Source: Mobula hypostoma (lineage: Eukaryota). Taken from it: a DNA stretch of 64,000 bases. Below, piece after piece: positions 26,389 to 40,449 of this stretch (its first letter is position 1; each line of letters opens with the position of its first letter). A program made the translations under genes and the position numbers. Under the pieces are notes generated by a model, which was given only the letters and a program-made list of their open reading frames with translations, did no database searches and was not told the origin of the DNA. The stretch covers positions 26,228,001 to 26,292,000 of the forward strand of contig NC_086118.1 in assembly GCF_963921235.1 (NCBI RefSeq), written 5' to 3'.

Positions 26389-28139
26389 CTAAAGTGATCA
26401 ACAGAGAATTATTTCAGTAAAATATGATGGACTAATAGATACTCACTGGTTAGTACAGTTGAAACAAGACAAACACGTTAAATGCATTTCAATTCTATTA
26501 GAGCAAAAGTATCACCAGAACAGGTTTCACTACAGCAAGTAATTTTCTTTCATAGCTGAATTAGGACTTGGTAAACTTGTCAACAGAGTGATTCCTCAGT
26601 GAGATCGTTAAGGGAGAGCAGAGCTTAGTGGCTGTTCTCTAGCGTACAGTACAAAAGCACAAAGGGTTGAATTATTCATTTATTTGCACACTTTGTGAAG
26701 GGAGCTTTGTTAATTAACATAAGTACGGAACATCTATACAAATAACTCATCAAAAATAAATAAATGAAATGAATTGCTTTGTAATATATTACATTTTCAT
26801 TTAGAAATAAAGTCATTCAGGAATTGCAACTGATACTAGGACTGAGGTAATTTGTTGCTAAAGAATACATTTCTCAAGGCAATAATACTGTATGTTAAAA
26901 ATCTTGTAATTTTGAAATATGTCACTAGAAGGCACTACTGTTTAGTTCTTCACATTTTGGATTGAGTTCTTCTCTTTATTGTGTGTAATTTTTTAATATG
27001 AAAAAATAGTTTCTAAAGAGATCAACAGGTGAAAATACATTGAAAGGTATTTCCAATCCAAAATAGCATCCATTTGTTTATATTGGTTTGCTATTTAATG
27101 CCAGGCTCCAAAGATACAAAAACTCAAAGACCAGTGCATGATAACTCAGTACTAGTATACAGATCAATGTTTGAAATAGCAAAAATAATTTCTATTTTCA
27201 GAGTGGCTTTAGCAGACAAAACACACAATGTGATGCACAAAAATTTGATATAAAAATACCAGGTGCCAACAGGTGTTTTAGAATGCTAATACTCTGTCAA
27301 ATTATCTTAAAATGAATATCCACATTTTCTATCATAGAAACATAGAAAATCAAGAACAGATATGTGTTAAACACAATATAAACCAACTTCCTCCAGTTTT
27401 CCCTTTGCAGTTAAACAGTGATTTGTGACAAGGGAGAGTTCCACAGAATGGTTATTATCCAACCAAACTAGTAAGTGTCGATGTGTTATTTAACTGGAGG
27501 CACAGGAATGAGATGCGGACACATGACCTAAATACTTTATCGCCAAATCCACTGTATGGGTTGGTGACTTACAGTAATGAAGATTAAAACATCTACACAA
27601 TTTCTTCCTTCCTACTGTAGGTACAGATTAGAATGTTATTTTTTGAGAATCCCATCATCGTGCTGAATGAGATCAAGTTCTTCTGTAAGGTGTTCCAAAC
27701 TTTGCTGCACTGTGCAGTTCAGTGTAAAGGCAGAGGGTGCATCCAACTACTGAGCCACTAGGTCCACAAGGTGAGAACTTTCTTCAGCCTCTATCTATAA
27801 TCAAATAGCAGCCAAAGTAGTTAACATTTAATTCTGTTGTTTCACAGCTTCAAAAGCCTATTTCTGTCATCAGCACACTTTGATAATTCAGATCTATGAC
27901 CCATATGAAGCCATCTGCAAATAACATGGTAAAACATAGAACTGGATTCAGAGTGAGGGCTGAAGGAGGAAGGCTCCAAAGGACTGAAATTAATCCACAG
28001 GTGAAGAGCAAACAATATTTTGTTTTCAAAATGTGGACTAAGATTTCTGCACCTTTTTGTGGCAGTTCCTCAAACACACAGCAATTATACTTGACAAGTT
28101 AAATGAAACATTACAGGGGGAAAAAAATCCAGTTGTTAT

Positions 28140-29144
28140 TGTCACGAACCCTGTGATGGGAATAAAGAACCAGCAGAGATAGAAAACACTTTGGAGTCCA
28201 GTATTGCTACTAACTAATAATATTTATTAGTAACTACGCAATACAGTAATATAAATGTAGATAAATCAAACAGGTTAGCAATGATTATATATATAAGTAA
28301 GTATATCAGTAAGTGTGGAAATATATGTATGAAAAACCAAGTTTCTTTAGGTCTAGGGGTAAAGAGATACAGTCTTACGATGATGAGTAAAGTTCAGTTC
28401 AGTTCAGTTCAGTTCAGCTCAGTTCATGGTATTGAGTTGAGTAGTGGTGGAGAGAGAGAGAGAGGGAGAGATTTGAGTCTTCAGGTGAGCTGACGCCATC
28501 AATCTTCTCGTCGTCCTTCAAAATCCTTTCAAAGTCACCGACTGTGACTTTAACAAAGGGGACCGGTTTTCTGTGGTGGAGCTATCCCCCAGGCGAGGGT
28601 GGACACATGGACAACTCCCCACCAGTCAACCCTTTACCTCTTTCCACTGCAAGAGCGATGGATTGATCCGCCTGATCAATCCTCCAAAACCCACTTTCCC
28701 TGCGGGCACAACAATGCTCATTCAGTGTTCAAACACGTGTCTGAGGTCTGTATCATCTGACCTCCTATTTATCTCCCCGTACTGGGTACCACCTATCATT
28801 CAAATAACTCCTCCTTCCTCTCTCTGTGAAAGAAATGCAAGCAGGCAAAAATCCTTGAAGAAAGTATCAACAACCTGCTGAAAATCATAACATCGAGTGT
28901 CCATTAAATTGTGCTGCCTTCGGTCACCATGGCAACTTACGAGCTGCTCAGTGCTATCTCCACTTCAGCAGAAATCCAACAGTTAACCAGTTCTTTCTCG
29001 TTCCTTAAAGTGACAGTCCAACCGTTAGTCTTCGTCTCTCTCTCTCGCTCTCTTTTTTACAAACAAGCTATTGGTGTTAAATAACTCTCTTTCTCTCTCT
29101 TTTCAAAAGCACAGTTCATAGGGGTACTTCAGGATCCCGTCTCA
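28140..29144. mobile_element. Solo LTR (1005 bp)
   Basis: TGTCACG...CGTCTCA termini; 4-bp TSD ttat on both sides. Confidence 0.82.
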
Positions 29145-29369
29145 TTATAAATGTGCTTTCATAAGGGTAAAAGGACTATTTAAGCTTGTTAAGACAAGCC
29201 TTCCTGCCAATGATTCAAGACTGCCACGGCTGTACCATACCTTTCATTTACTTATTTATGTGGTGGCAAGACTTATTCCTTGAATACAGAAGGTTGTGAA
29301 TTCAAACCCTCATATGAAAGTTTACATCTGGCAAAGAGCACTTCATTGCTTTTGCAAATTTAACAAAGG

Positions 29370-29397
<28 letters not shown>
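29370..29397. repeat. (CA)n microsatellite
   Basis: Uninterrupted AC run of about 28 nt. Confidence 0.95.
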
Positions 29398-29400
<3 letters not shown>

Positions 29401-29404
29401 GGCA

Positions 29405-29542
29405 TGTCCTGATGAAGACTCTCAGCTTGAAACATACATCAACTCTTTATCCCTTTCCATAGGTGCTCCCTGACCCGTTGAGTTCCTCCAGCATTTTGCG
29501 TGTATTACTCTAGAATTTCAGCATCTGCAGAATCTGTGTTTA
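29405..29542 (+). mobile_element. Penelope-like pLTR remnant
   Basis: gtcctgatgaagactctcagcttgaaac...gagttcctccagcattttg...cagcatctgcagaat. Confidence 0.7.
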
Positions 29543-29705
29543 TCAAAACAACGACATTTAACTTGCATGATTTAAAAGGCAATGGGAAAAATTCTTACAG
29601 CAATCGAGCCAATACTCATGCTGTAACCAATGACTAAGGGATTATGAAATCATTTACTGTTAGACTGCTTGGAAACTTGCTATATAAAAAAAATATTATA
29701 TATAT

Positions 29706-30031
29706 AGGCATCTGTTAGTCTCGTGAGACCATGAATTTGCGCCTTGGAAGGTTTCCAGGGTGCAGGCCTGGGCATGCCCTCCAAGGTGCAAATCCATGGC
29801 AAGGTTGTATGGAAGACCAGCAGTTGCCCATGCTGCAAACCTCCCCTCTCCACGCCACCGGTGTTGTCCAAGGGAAGGGCATTAGGACCCAAACAGCTTG
29901 GCACTGGTGTCGTCGCAGAGCAATGTGTGGTTAAGTGCCTTGCTCAAGGACACAACACGCTGCCTCAGCTGAGGCTCGAACTAGCAACCTTCAGATCACT
30001 AGACCTTAACCACTTGGTCACGCGCCAACAC
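29706..30031 (-). mobile_element. tRNA/CORE-like SINE with RTE-related body
   Basis: Reverse strand: tgaccaagtggttaagg head, agttcgagcc B box, gtgtccttgagcaaggcacttaacc. Shares tccaagggaagggca...cagcttg with the RTE-like segment at 60470. Confidence 0.7.
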
Positions 30032-30247
30032 ATGGCATTTGAACCTTTTGACATAACACCCCATGAATTTTCTTAAACCACATCCTGGAAAGTTGTTCAA
30101 TAATTTGATAAAATGTTCACAAGAACCTGACACTATTCTTTATATGAGGATTGAACATAGATCAAAACCTTCCATTTATTAATCCTGGGTAACAGAGATA
30201 GGCATCTGAACTTCTATGAATGACTACAAATTAAACATTACACTACG

Positions 30248-30763
30248 CACTCAATGGCTACTTTATTAGGTACATCCGCATGATAGTGCAAATAACTAAT
30301 CCTCCAATCACGTGTCAACAACTCAATGCATGCAGACATGGTCAAGAGGTTCAGGTGTTGCTCAGACCAAACATCAAAACAAGGAAGAAACGTGATCTAA
30401 GTGACTTTGATCATGGACCGTTTACTGGTGCCAACAAGGTGCATTGAGTACCTCAGAAATTGCTGATCTAGGATTTTCACGCACAACACTAGAGTTTACA
30501 GAGAATGATGTAAAAAAAACATCCTGCGAACAGCAGTTCAGTAGGCTAAAATGCTTTGATACTAACCAAGGTCAGAGGGGGATTCCAGACTGGTTCAAGC
30601 TGATGGAAAGGCAACAGTAACTGAAAAATCACATGTTACAGCAGTGGTGTGCAGAAGAGCATCTCTGAACGCACAACATGTTGAACAATGAAGTGGATGG
30701 GCTACAGCAGCAGAAGACCACGAACGGACACTCGGTAGCAATTTTATCAGGTACAGGAGGTAC
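30248..30763 (+). mobile_element. Tc1-derived non-autonomous element retaining decayed transposase N-terminus
   Basis: TIR cactcaatggctactttattaggtac; decayed KKRDLSDFD...ADGKATVT...SGVQKSISERTTC..MKWMGYSSRRP. Confidence 0.8.
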
Positions 30764-31291
30764 TTGCTTGGTTTTACATTTCCATAAGAATTACATTCTC
30801 CAAAAGAGTGAACTACAAAAGTATTTTATGAAGACCAAAATGCAAAAGAATTTATTTTCCAACTACTTTAATTATTCAGACCGGGGTGATGGAGCAATTA
30901 CTAATTTATGCAATTACTAATTTATGTATTCTTTGAATGCTAGACAAATGAGATTTTCCCTTGAGATGGATTTTTATTATTAAATTACAGGTCATAGAAA
31001 AAGGAACTGAAATAAAAATAACTGCATCATTGCACTAATGACCACCTTCCTATGACAGCTCTGAATGTAGCAGGTAGTAAAGGGTGAGAAAAGGTAGCCA
31101 CAACTCAGACGCATTGTAACATGATGCTGTAAAAGCAACCCTTTATACACTCCAAACTCAAATAAACAAATGCAGCTGAGAGTAAGATTAAAGTAATGTG
31201 CTATACCTCATGGGGAAGTAAATGATTTATTGCAATATGATATACAGTGAAGTATTGTATAGTTATGCAAAATCTTTACACCAGTGGAGCC

Positions 31292-31620
31292 AGGGTGGGA
31301 CAAAAGCACAGTGTTCTGCGCAATCGCTTTACAACGCCAGTGATTATCTATTGGGATTCAAATGCCACTGGTGTCTGTAAGGAGATTTTTACCCTCTCCC
31401 CATAATGTGTGGATTCCTCCAAGTGCTCCGGTTCCCTCCACACTCCAAAGACAGGTACGGTTAGATTTGTGAGTTGTGGATATTCAGCGTTGGTGCCTGA
31501 AGCACCCTAACACTTGCGGCCATAGTCCTTGGACTGGGTTGGTTTTGATGCAAGACAACACAATTCACTGGATGTTTTGATGTACATATGACAAATAAGA
31601 CTAATCTTTAATCTTAAATC
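31292..31620 (+). mobile_element. V-SINE-type element with L2-like tail
   Basis: V-domain ctctcccc..tgtgtggattcctccaagtgctccggttccctccacactccaaagac; tail gacaaataagactaatctttaatctt. Confidence 0.7.
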
Positions 31621-31865
31621 AAACTCTGATAAGTTGTAGTCGAGAAGTCGAGATGAAATTTTTAGCTGTTTCCCAACGAGAAAATAGTAATTTATTGAAA
31701 TCCTTAGAAAATCATTAATACCTTACAATAAATTAAGTAGAAAGAGTAAGCAAATGTCCACCTTAGCTAACAGTAGGAGGAGGTGTTGGTATAAATCATT
31801 ATCGCCCGCAATGCACAGAGAGATACTTATTTCTAGTATTGCAGTTCCTCCGAGCTGAATGGATT

Positions 31866-32290
31866 TGTTCAAGTTCAAGTTTAATTGTCGTTCAACCATA
31901 CACATACCATAAACAAAACAGCATTCCTCTGGGCCAAACTGAAAAACACAGTACATACAATCATACACACATATCGTCCCAAAATAATATTACAGGCCCC
32001 TGAGTAGTGTAGTCTGAAGACCGATGTTGTCCTGGAGCCATGTTTCTGCAAGAACAAGTACACGACAGTTCCTCATCTTGTGCTGTGTCAGCTGCAGATG
32101 AAAGCAATCCAGATTGTCTTCCAGGGAGCGAGCGCTGGAGTGCAGCATCAATGGGAGAGCTGGCTTACAGGGGCCACTCCCCAACTCAGCACGAGTTCCA
32201 GTGTGCCTGCAACTCCTCTATTCTCTCCCGCATATCTCCTCTCCTGGGTGGCTGTAACAGGCGATGCTGTGACATGAGGACTGATCCGCG
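31866..32290 (-). mobile_element. Internally deleted Rex1/Babar-like element (endonuclease start joined to 3' tail)
   Basis: ARSLEDNLDCFHLQLTQHKMRNCRVLVLAETWLQDNI directly followed by a tail ending (cttgaa)n. Confidence 0.7.
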
Positions 32291-33860
32291 CAATTACTGT
32301 GGGCATGCAGCTCCCCCACCGTCAGTCCCACCAATTAATCAACGAATCAATGAACTGGACTTCTAGGATTTTATGAATTACGAATACCCAAAAGGGTCTT
32401 GCAATCGCAAGAAAAAAGTTTAATACAAACATTTGCACTATTTGCTGGACTTACAGAGGCTGCTGCAACTAAGCACACTGCCACCTTACCAAAGTTGCCA
32501 CAATCCTACTCAATTTCTTTCACTTCCTCTGAATGCAAAGGACTGAATAAACTGAAAACATCATCTAAACTGGAGCTGCTTTGAGCAGCAACTAAGCTTC
32601 TGCCTTCATATTCTGGAATCCAACTTCCAGAATGTCTCTTTGGCTGACAATAGCTGCCTATGGGACAAAGGTTAAAATGATTTTATTTTTAGTTCCTAAA
32701 TGGTTCCAATAGCAAGTGGCATTTTAAAAATTCTAGTTTATTTAAATAATTAAATAAAATTTAAAATATAACATTTAATAAAACATTTTGGAAGGACAAA
32801 TAATTAATTTAAAATATTAAAGTTCAGTAAGTCCAGTATACCTAAATGGATGGAGTTCCCATTCTACACCAGCCCTCTCTGGAGCGAAGCTGAGTGCCAG
32901 GTGCAAAGAGCATTTAGTTTCTTTCCTCAACAAGTTATCACTGCTGATCTTAGTGGTGATTAGCTGGGAAGTGAAACACAGTGGTATCCAAATGACTGGA
33001 GTTCTCAGTCCAAACTTTACTGAGGTATGAACAATTCATCATGGCTGGCTGATTCAGCTGGAATATCCAGAAAATGAGGCCCCACCAAAGGAGAAAGACA
33101 ACAAGAAGGAATTGGAAGAAGATAAAAGAGGCATACTCTGGCTCTCACTTAATGGATTCCGATTTAAATACTGAGCAGGCAGAAACAAGTGTAAATAGCC
33201 ATTTGTTCAGGTCGCATTTCTCCAAATCAAAACAACAGTGTAAGAGTTTGTTGGTGGTAAATTCCTGTGTCTACTAAAAAGAGGCAATGTAGGTCTGAAT
33301 GCCAGTGCAGCCTATCCAGATTACTGAAATGACAAACAAGGACAGGTTCTGGGATAAAAATGGTTTATCTACTGATATGAAAATGTTTTTTATAGACAAA
33401 AGCCAGATACTGAAAGCTTCTAGCCATCCCTTAAACAGATTCACTTTAAGTCCAGGACTTAATCTGACAATCAGAATCTGGTTGTTCTGACGCTGGACTG
33501 AATGTGGTCAAACTCTACTGAATGCACTGAGAAGTCCCAATCAGCAGAATGAAAAAGGTTAGTTATTATTTTAAAATATTTTAGATCTTTTTTTTTTATT
33601 TAATGAGGTTTAATTATCTTTGTTTAATTTTATTACTACTTCATTAAGTTTTAAAATTATCTTTTTGAATATTTTAAAATCTTAACTTTAAGTATTCACA
33701 TAAATTTTAAGAAAGTTTAAATATCTTTGGATATGAGATGTTTATATATTGTTAAAACTACACAGCTTTGCCAATAGCCAAAGTGCTGAGCCAGCTTTGC
33801 TTGTTCAAGCCCTTAGCAGTTTGCCACCTGAGACATTATCATGAAAGTTATCTTACCAGA

Positions 33861-34075
33861 GCTGGCTGGTGACGTAGTGGCATCAGCGCCAGACTTTGGA
33901 GCGAAGGCTCCCGAGTTCAAATCCAGCCGGCTCCCCTGCACGCTTTCCATCCATGCTAGGTTGAGCGTCGAGCTAGCAACTTGGCCTCGTAAAAATAAGA
34001 AAGCCTGCTAAAAAAAACGCCGTCATGACGGTGTCCTGATGTCTCCACTCAGAGTTAAGGGCTTTCTTCTTCTTC
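33861..34075 (+). mobile_element. tRNA-derived SINE, tail type B
   Basis: A box tgacgtagtgg, B box gagttcaaatcc, (ctt)n end. TSD tatcttaccaga / tatctcaccaga (33849-33860, 34076-34087). Confidence 0.82.
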
Positions 34076-36207
34076 TATCTCACCAGACCAATTCTTTCCA
34101 TTCCTTTTCTTGGGATCTGGGTCTCTTTTTCCAGTACAGTGATCCTGCCTGCCCCATATAAGGGAGGGCCGTATTGGTCTTCCAACCTTCACCATGTGAG
34201 TGCAAGGCATGTGAAGTAAAAATATACTTTCCATTATTACTTAGTCATTTCAGGAAGAAGCCTTACTCCATATTTACAACAGGATCACAGCCGTTTGGTC
34301 ATTGTGAAGCAAACCCGATCAACACAGGTAGTCCAATGGAAAACACGAGCTGCATATTCAAGCTGATTGTGCCACCTTCCACACCAGAGTTTCCAAAAAG
34401 CCTTCAACATGTCATCAATCTGAAACATTCATTATTTCTTGACAGGATGTGTCTGATGTAATAAATATTTCCCACACTTTTCCTTTATTGCTGTGCTTAA
34501 TCATTTGGCTTTCAGGTAAAAATGATAAATCTAAGTTATCTTTTGATTCCAACATAAGATCAAATCTTGCTCTAGCAACCAAAAATGGATATGACATTGT
34601 TTAACATTTATTCACATAAAGCTTTAAAAGAATTCCAATTAATGTTGACACATCCCCAAGGGGAATGCCCTGAAAATGGGTGCTTAAGGCATTAATTGAT
34701 ATTTTGACAGTTAAAGGTTAACATTAAGATGTTTGGCAATGTTGCTGTAGGAAATGATTAAAAAGTAATTAAAAGTGAAATATACCACCAAAATAATTGT
34801 GCTTGCCTTAAGCCATGGCAGATATAAGGAAAGTATAATTTTGTGAAGAAACAAGGTAGAGATGAGGTAATGAAACTGCTAAAAGCTGTAAGTAGTCATG
34901 ATTTGTCAATTACTGCCTGTAGTGTGATGGAAACAGAGTCAACTGTAGTTTTCAAGAGGGAATTGCCTAGGCACTTGAAGTATAGATAACTAAAAGCCAA
35001 TGGAAAAGAGCACAATGATGTGACTGACAAAATTGCTCTACCACGTGGTGGCACAGACACATTAACTTACTCATAAAATCACAGAAGGTAGTCGAAGTGC
35101 ACAGCTCATTTTGGTGCTTAGAGAATTAACCCAGTCATTATGGAATGAAAAAGAACAGATGGAAGAAGCTACAACCACAAATAAAAAAAAATATTTTCAG
35201 AAGTAGCCACAGGCAGTGCTGACAAGTACTCAATGGGACAATGGTCTGTGAACATCATTCCCATAGGCAGGTGATACAGCCATAATCTTGTTCACTGGGA
35301 GGAGATAGTCATCCATCTTAACTTAAATACCAATCAAAACAAACCTGTTAAGCTATAAATAGTTGGGACAATACACGAAATGCCTTTGGGAAATCACGAC
35401 ATTTCTAAATCTTTTTTACTTTTGAATTTTTTTTTCTCTAAGTACTTAAGTTCCCTGTATCATATATTTCAGCGAGCTGTGCCAACAGTTTATAAATAAG
35501 ATCCATGACAAGAGCTCCTGATCGTATTTGTAATTTGTATTCACAATGAACAATGCACCAAGTCCATTACTGAGTAGAAAATGGAAGTATGGTTGAAGAG
35601 TTTTTTTTAAAGAAATCACATAACAGAAGGCAGCATGTTTCCTACCAACAGTTTCACTCTAGGGGATAATGTGCACCACTTAAAACATGCATATGCTTTC
35701 ATTTATTTCCTGAACTTTAAGTGCCGCGAGTCTATGTTTTGTTTACACCATAATGATATTTCACAGATAAATGAAGCTTTAAAGCTACTGTATAATTACT
35801 TGAGACATCTGTATTCCCATTGAAATTGTCCAGCTATCTTCAATATGGACAAGCTTTTTGAACATCACACAATACGAGCTCTGTACATTCAGATCTTTGG
35901 AAAGTCAATTATATGAGCACTAATTATCATACCAGTCTGCCAAACATGAATTTAAATAGCTGGAAAAATGAGCTCGGAATTTGACCTGCATTCAAACAGC
36001 AGCTTGAAGTGTCAATAGATACTGAAGCTTGGGCAACATTTAAATGAAAGTCCATTAAGATAAATGCATGCAGGCCATTTCCAAATGACTGCCTGGTGAA
36101 CTAATACTGTGTTTTAAGTGCCTATAACCTCAGCATCAGCCCTCAGCTTAGTCCTGGAGGTGCAAGGGCAAGATGGAGCGGAACTGTAAGGAGGAACTGT
36201 ATTTTTA

Positions 36208-36412
36208 ACAATCACAAAATGCTGGAGGAACTCAGCAAGTCAGGCCGCATCCATATCCCCTCTTCCTTCTTTTCTAGTCCTGAAGAAGAGACTCAACCCA
36301 AAACGTCGACTGCTTGTTCATTTTCACAAGCGCTGCCTAAACTGCTGAGTTCCTCCAGGACTTTGTGTACATTGCCTTAGATTTCCAGCATTTGCAGAAT
36401 TCCTTCTGTTTT
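36208..36412. mobile_element. Penelope-derived fold-back remnant
   Basis: caaaatgctggaggaactcagc ... tagtcctgaagaagagactcaacccaaaacgtcgactg ... gctgagttcctccaggactttg. Confidence 0.75.
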
Positions 36413-38077
36413 TACACAATCAACTCACTCTCCAAGGACTACTGATAAGGTGGCTCATCAGCTACATTCCCCTGGCTACAGCTGGTATCGCCTGTGGTGT
36501 TCAGGGTCCTCCTCGTGGAAAACAGATTTCAAAGTAGCATTACATCCTCTGTATACATGCAGAGAAACTCTCACCTGTTCAAGAGATGGCCACTTTTATC
36601 ATTAGTGGCAGTCGGAACATGGGAATCAGAATGCAGCTGTGTTGTCTGCTACATAGGGCATTTGGCACTTAATACCCATGAATATATTGAACATTTGTAC
36701 CAATTTTCCAAAATGTCAATCATCTTTGCAGATTCTGCCCGATCCACTGAGTTCCTCCAGCAGTTTGTTTATTTTCCCCCAGATTTCAGCATCTGCACTC
36801 TTGCGTCTCTGTGCTACCAATTTTCTGTTCCTAGACATACAATTTTCAGTCACCTTGTCAATGCCATGTAGACAGACTACCTTGGTGTACACCAAGATCC
36901 AGCTATCAGTAGTCAAATTCCCAAAGAACAGAATGCTCGGGGTAAGCCACTGTGGCTATTAAATGTGCCCTTAATGGAATTTTAGCAGCTGTCTAATGTA
37001 GCACCTATACGCACTGGATGGGAATATACGGTGTAGGACTGAAAAGGAGGATACTGGCATACTTTGATCACTTGAAGATAGAGTATGTGTCAACTGAGTT
37101 TGTAAATTACTTTAAACCCACCAGAAACATAACAAAAATTTACAACCATTTCTCCTATAATCTACAATTATTAAAGTTGTGAAATTCTGCTCATGTTACC
37201 CTATATTTTGCTGGAATTGGACAAGCAAATTTGCTCAGGAACTGAATGAACAGGTTAAAGTATGTTATTACATTACTTTTCTTCTAAATTCTCCTATGTT
37301 ACTTATACCCAACAGCATCCATAAATCTATCCCTGCAGTGCTTACAACTAAATAAATGTATTTAAGACTCTGCATACTTAAAGAAAGTGGGAGAGAACTG
37401 AAAGGGTGCTATCTCCAAGTCCTTCGGTGGGATTTTTGCAAATAGAGAGGGCTTCAAGAAAAATATGATGCAGAATTGCCATTAAAATAAAACACTTATA
37501 TATCATCTGATACTGAGTAATAACGTCACTTCCACAATTTGTTTTCAACTCAAATCAACAAAGCTAATGTACATCAAATTACCTAACATTATCCAGGAAG
37601 CTCTCCGTATCCCCTTCCCTTCAGCAAAGCATTTGTCACAAGCTCCCTGCCATTGGCACACAAAACAATGTCTCAGTTCAGCCAGTACTACTTTATTCAA
37701 TGTCAAATTATAGTCACTATGGGAGGACTACAATCTGCTCTGATACAGCATGCTCCTTCACTTCACTCTCCCTTTTCCTTGCAACAGATTTTCTTCTCTT
37801 CCAATTACAGATATGATTCCTCGGGTGATAAGAGATCTTCTAGTACCATCCTAAATGGTGAACTCAGTCAGTGCCAGCTGGATATTTAATTGTTCAGCAA
37901 CAGAACGCAACCTCACACTCTATCTTAACAAGAGGAAGCCAGAAGCAAACATCATGCTCAAATGTATTATTCTTCAGCCCAGGTGCACTAAGGGCAATTG
38001 GAGCATGTCTTCCTCCCTGAGGCTAAGATCAAGCTAATCAGTGTACAAACCTCAAATACATTTAAGTCCGAGACAGA

Positions 38078-38974
38078 CGTAACCCTCTCACTAAGGCTCA
38101 AAATAAACTCTGCTCGTTAGCTAACTCTGGCTAACAGCCAGGAGACTCAGCGTTGCATGGGTAACAGTGAGAAGGCCACCTTCAGTAAGCAACGCACAGC
38201 TAGGGTTCAACCTAACAGGAGAGTTGGAATGTTCTGGCAAGGGAATGCCGTTTAAACACTACCACATTCAAAGTTATTGTTCCCCAGGAAATAACAGACC
38301 TTACACTGGCATAAAATTAAAATGGAAGCATATTTACAAATATTTCAACTTTAACAAACAGTTAACAGAAAAAAAGCCCATTACAGTTAAACCAGTCTAA
38401 ATGTGCACATAAACATTGGAGCTCATTGCCGGGTAGTCGGGTGCTTTGCTTTAGTTATTCTTGGCACTGAACCCATGTTCGGCATGGAAGACACCAGCCA
38501 CATTTCAAACTTCCCTCGAAGATGGTTTCGACTGAACTGGTTAACTCAGAAATATTGGCACTTTCTCCTTGGAGCCATTCATCTGCGCAAAACACTTCTT
38601 ACAATGGGGTCTCTCTTTCGAGCAGGGTTCCACAAGCATCTTTCCTTGTGCTCTTCCCCACACCTCCTTCTTCTTCCAACACCTCCCAACAAAGACCCAA
38701 AACCAATCCACCGTCTCCAGGAAATCTGATGCCGCCAAGCTCTCTCAAGTGCCCCACGGCATCCCACGGGATAGAATATTATCAAGACAAACCTGCTTGG
38801 CTGACACAACATTCCTAAGCTGAGCAAGTGAACTCCTTATTTTAACAGAAACCAACATACTGGACTGTGAGGCTTAACTAACAGAAAACACTGCAGAAAA
38901 GTTACAGGAAATAAAATACCTAACAGCATAACAGTAGTAATACAATAAAACAGTTTCTTAACTAGGGCATTACA
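38078..38974. mobile_element. Solo LTR (897 bp)
   Basis: cgtaaccct...gggcattaca termini (one end deviates from TG); 4-bp TSD caga at 38074-38077 and 38975-38978. Confidence 0.75.
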
Positions 38975-39085
38975 CAGATTATATCAAAAATTCAGTTTTG
39001 ATTTTTAATGTTTCTTGTGTCAATACACTTCACTAGCACAAAATAGTCTAAAACCGACTAATTAAAATACTATCCTAAAACTGAC

Positions 39086-39915
39086 AAGCTAGAAAAATGG
39101 ACTGAAAATTGGCAGATGGAATTTAATGCAGACAAGTGTGAGCTGCTGTGCTTTGGGAGGTCAAACCAGGGTGGAACTTATTTGGCTGAGCGGTAAGGTA
39201 CTGAGGCGTGTGGTAGAACACAGGGATCTAGGAGTACTGATCAGTAATTCCTTGAAAGTGGCATCACAAGTAGATAGGGTCGTAAAGAAAGCTTTTGGCA
39301 CTTTGGCCTTCAATAATCAAGTATGGAGAACAGTAGTGGGGATGTTGAAGCTGTATAGGACATTAGTGAGGGCTAACTCGGAGCACTGTGTGCAGTTTTG
39401 ATTAGCTACATGCTGGAATGCCTTCAACAAGATTTAATGACAGTAGAGAAAATTTATAAGAGTATTGCTAGAACTTGAGGACCAGAGTTACAAGAAAAGA
39501 TTGAATAGATTAGGACTTCATTCCCTAGAACGTAGAAGATTGAGGGGAGATTTGATAAATGAATACAGAATTATGAGGTGTATGATTAGGGTAAATGCAA
39601 GCAGGCTTTTTCCAGTGACATTGCATGAAATTAGTAATAAAGGTTAAGAGTGAAAGGCGAAATGTTTAAGGGGAACATGAAGAGGAACTTCTTTACTCAG
39701 AGGGTCATGAGAATGTGGAAGGAACTGCCAGCGGAAAGTGGTGGATGCAGGATCATTTCAGCATTTATTAGAAATTTGAATAGGTACATGAACGGGAGGG
39801 TTATGAAGGATTATGGTCTGGATGCAGGTCGATGGAACTAAACAGTTTAATAGTCTGGCATGGACTAGATGTGCTGAACAGCCTGTTTCTGTGCTGTTTT
39901 GTTCTATGACTCTGT
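39086..39915 (+). mobile_element. CR1 3' fragment
   Basis: WQMEFNADKCELL, LKVASQVDRVVKKAFG, LERRRLRGDLI, tail ctatgactct. Confidence 0.88.
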
Positions 39916-40449
39916 GACCTGTAATACGCTGTAAGGATTCACTGCTAATGTAATGGCTTCTTTGTAATGTTTCACTGCTAAGGTTACTGTAATGGCTTCT
40001 CCGTAATGTTCACTGCTGAGGTAACGGTTTCTCTGTAGCAGCAATGTTTGGGTCATGGCTCGAGATAACAGGACTACGGTATGCATGTTAGCCAATCAGA
40101 GATTGTTACTCTGGTCTCGTGAATTTGGAAGGAGGTTTTACCGGATGGAGTGGACTGGGATCTGAGGGTCCGCAGGTCGGCGACGCTCGGAGATCGATGG
40201 TGCAAGAATGGCAACTGAGTGAGCTCCAATGTGCACTTTTGACTTTTCCTTGAATTTGGCCCTTTTTTAAAAATTTTCATTACTAACCCTATATTCAGAT
40301 TAAGAATCATAAAGTTCAATCATTTAACTGCATATGGTGTACTGTCTGATATTTTGCGTTGTGGGTTTGTAACTAGGTGGTACATTACACAGCATCCACA
40401 CAAACGTGATTTCTCAGTTTGGCGGGGCCAACAGCTGTTTTCCTTAGAC

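Noticed and set aside
39930..40030. Spaced ttcactgct repeats resembling a CRISPR array
   Set aside because: Eukaryotic context; the 'spacers' are similar to each other, so this is a tandem repeat inside an LTR-like element.
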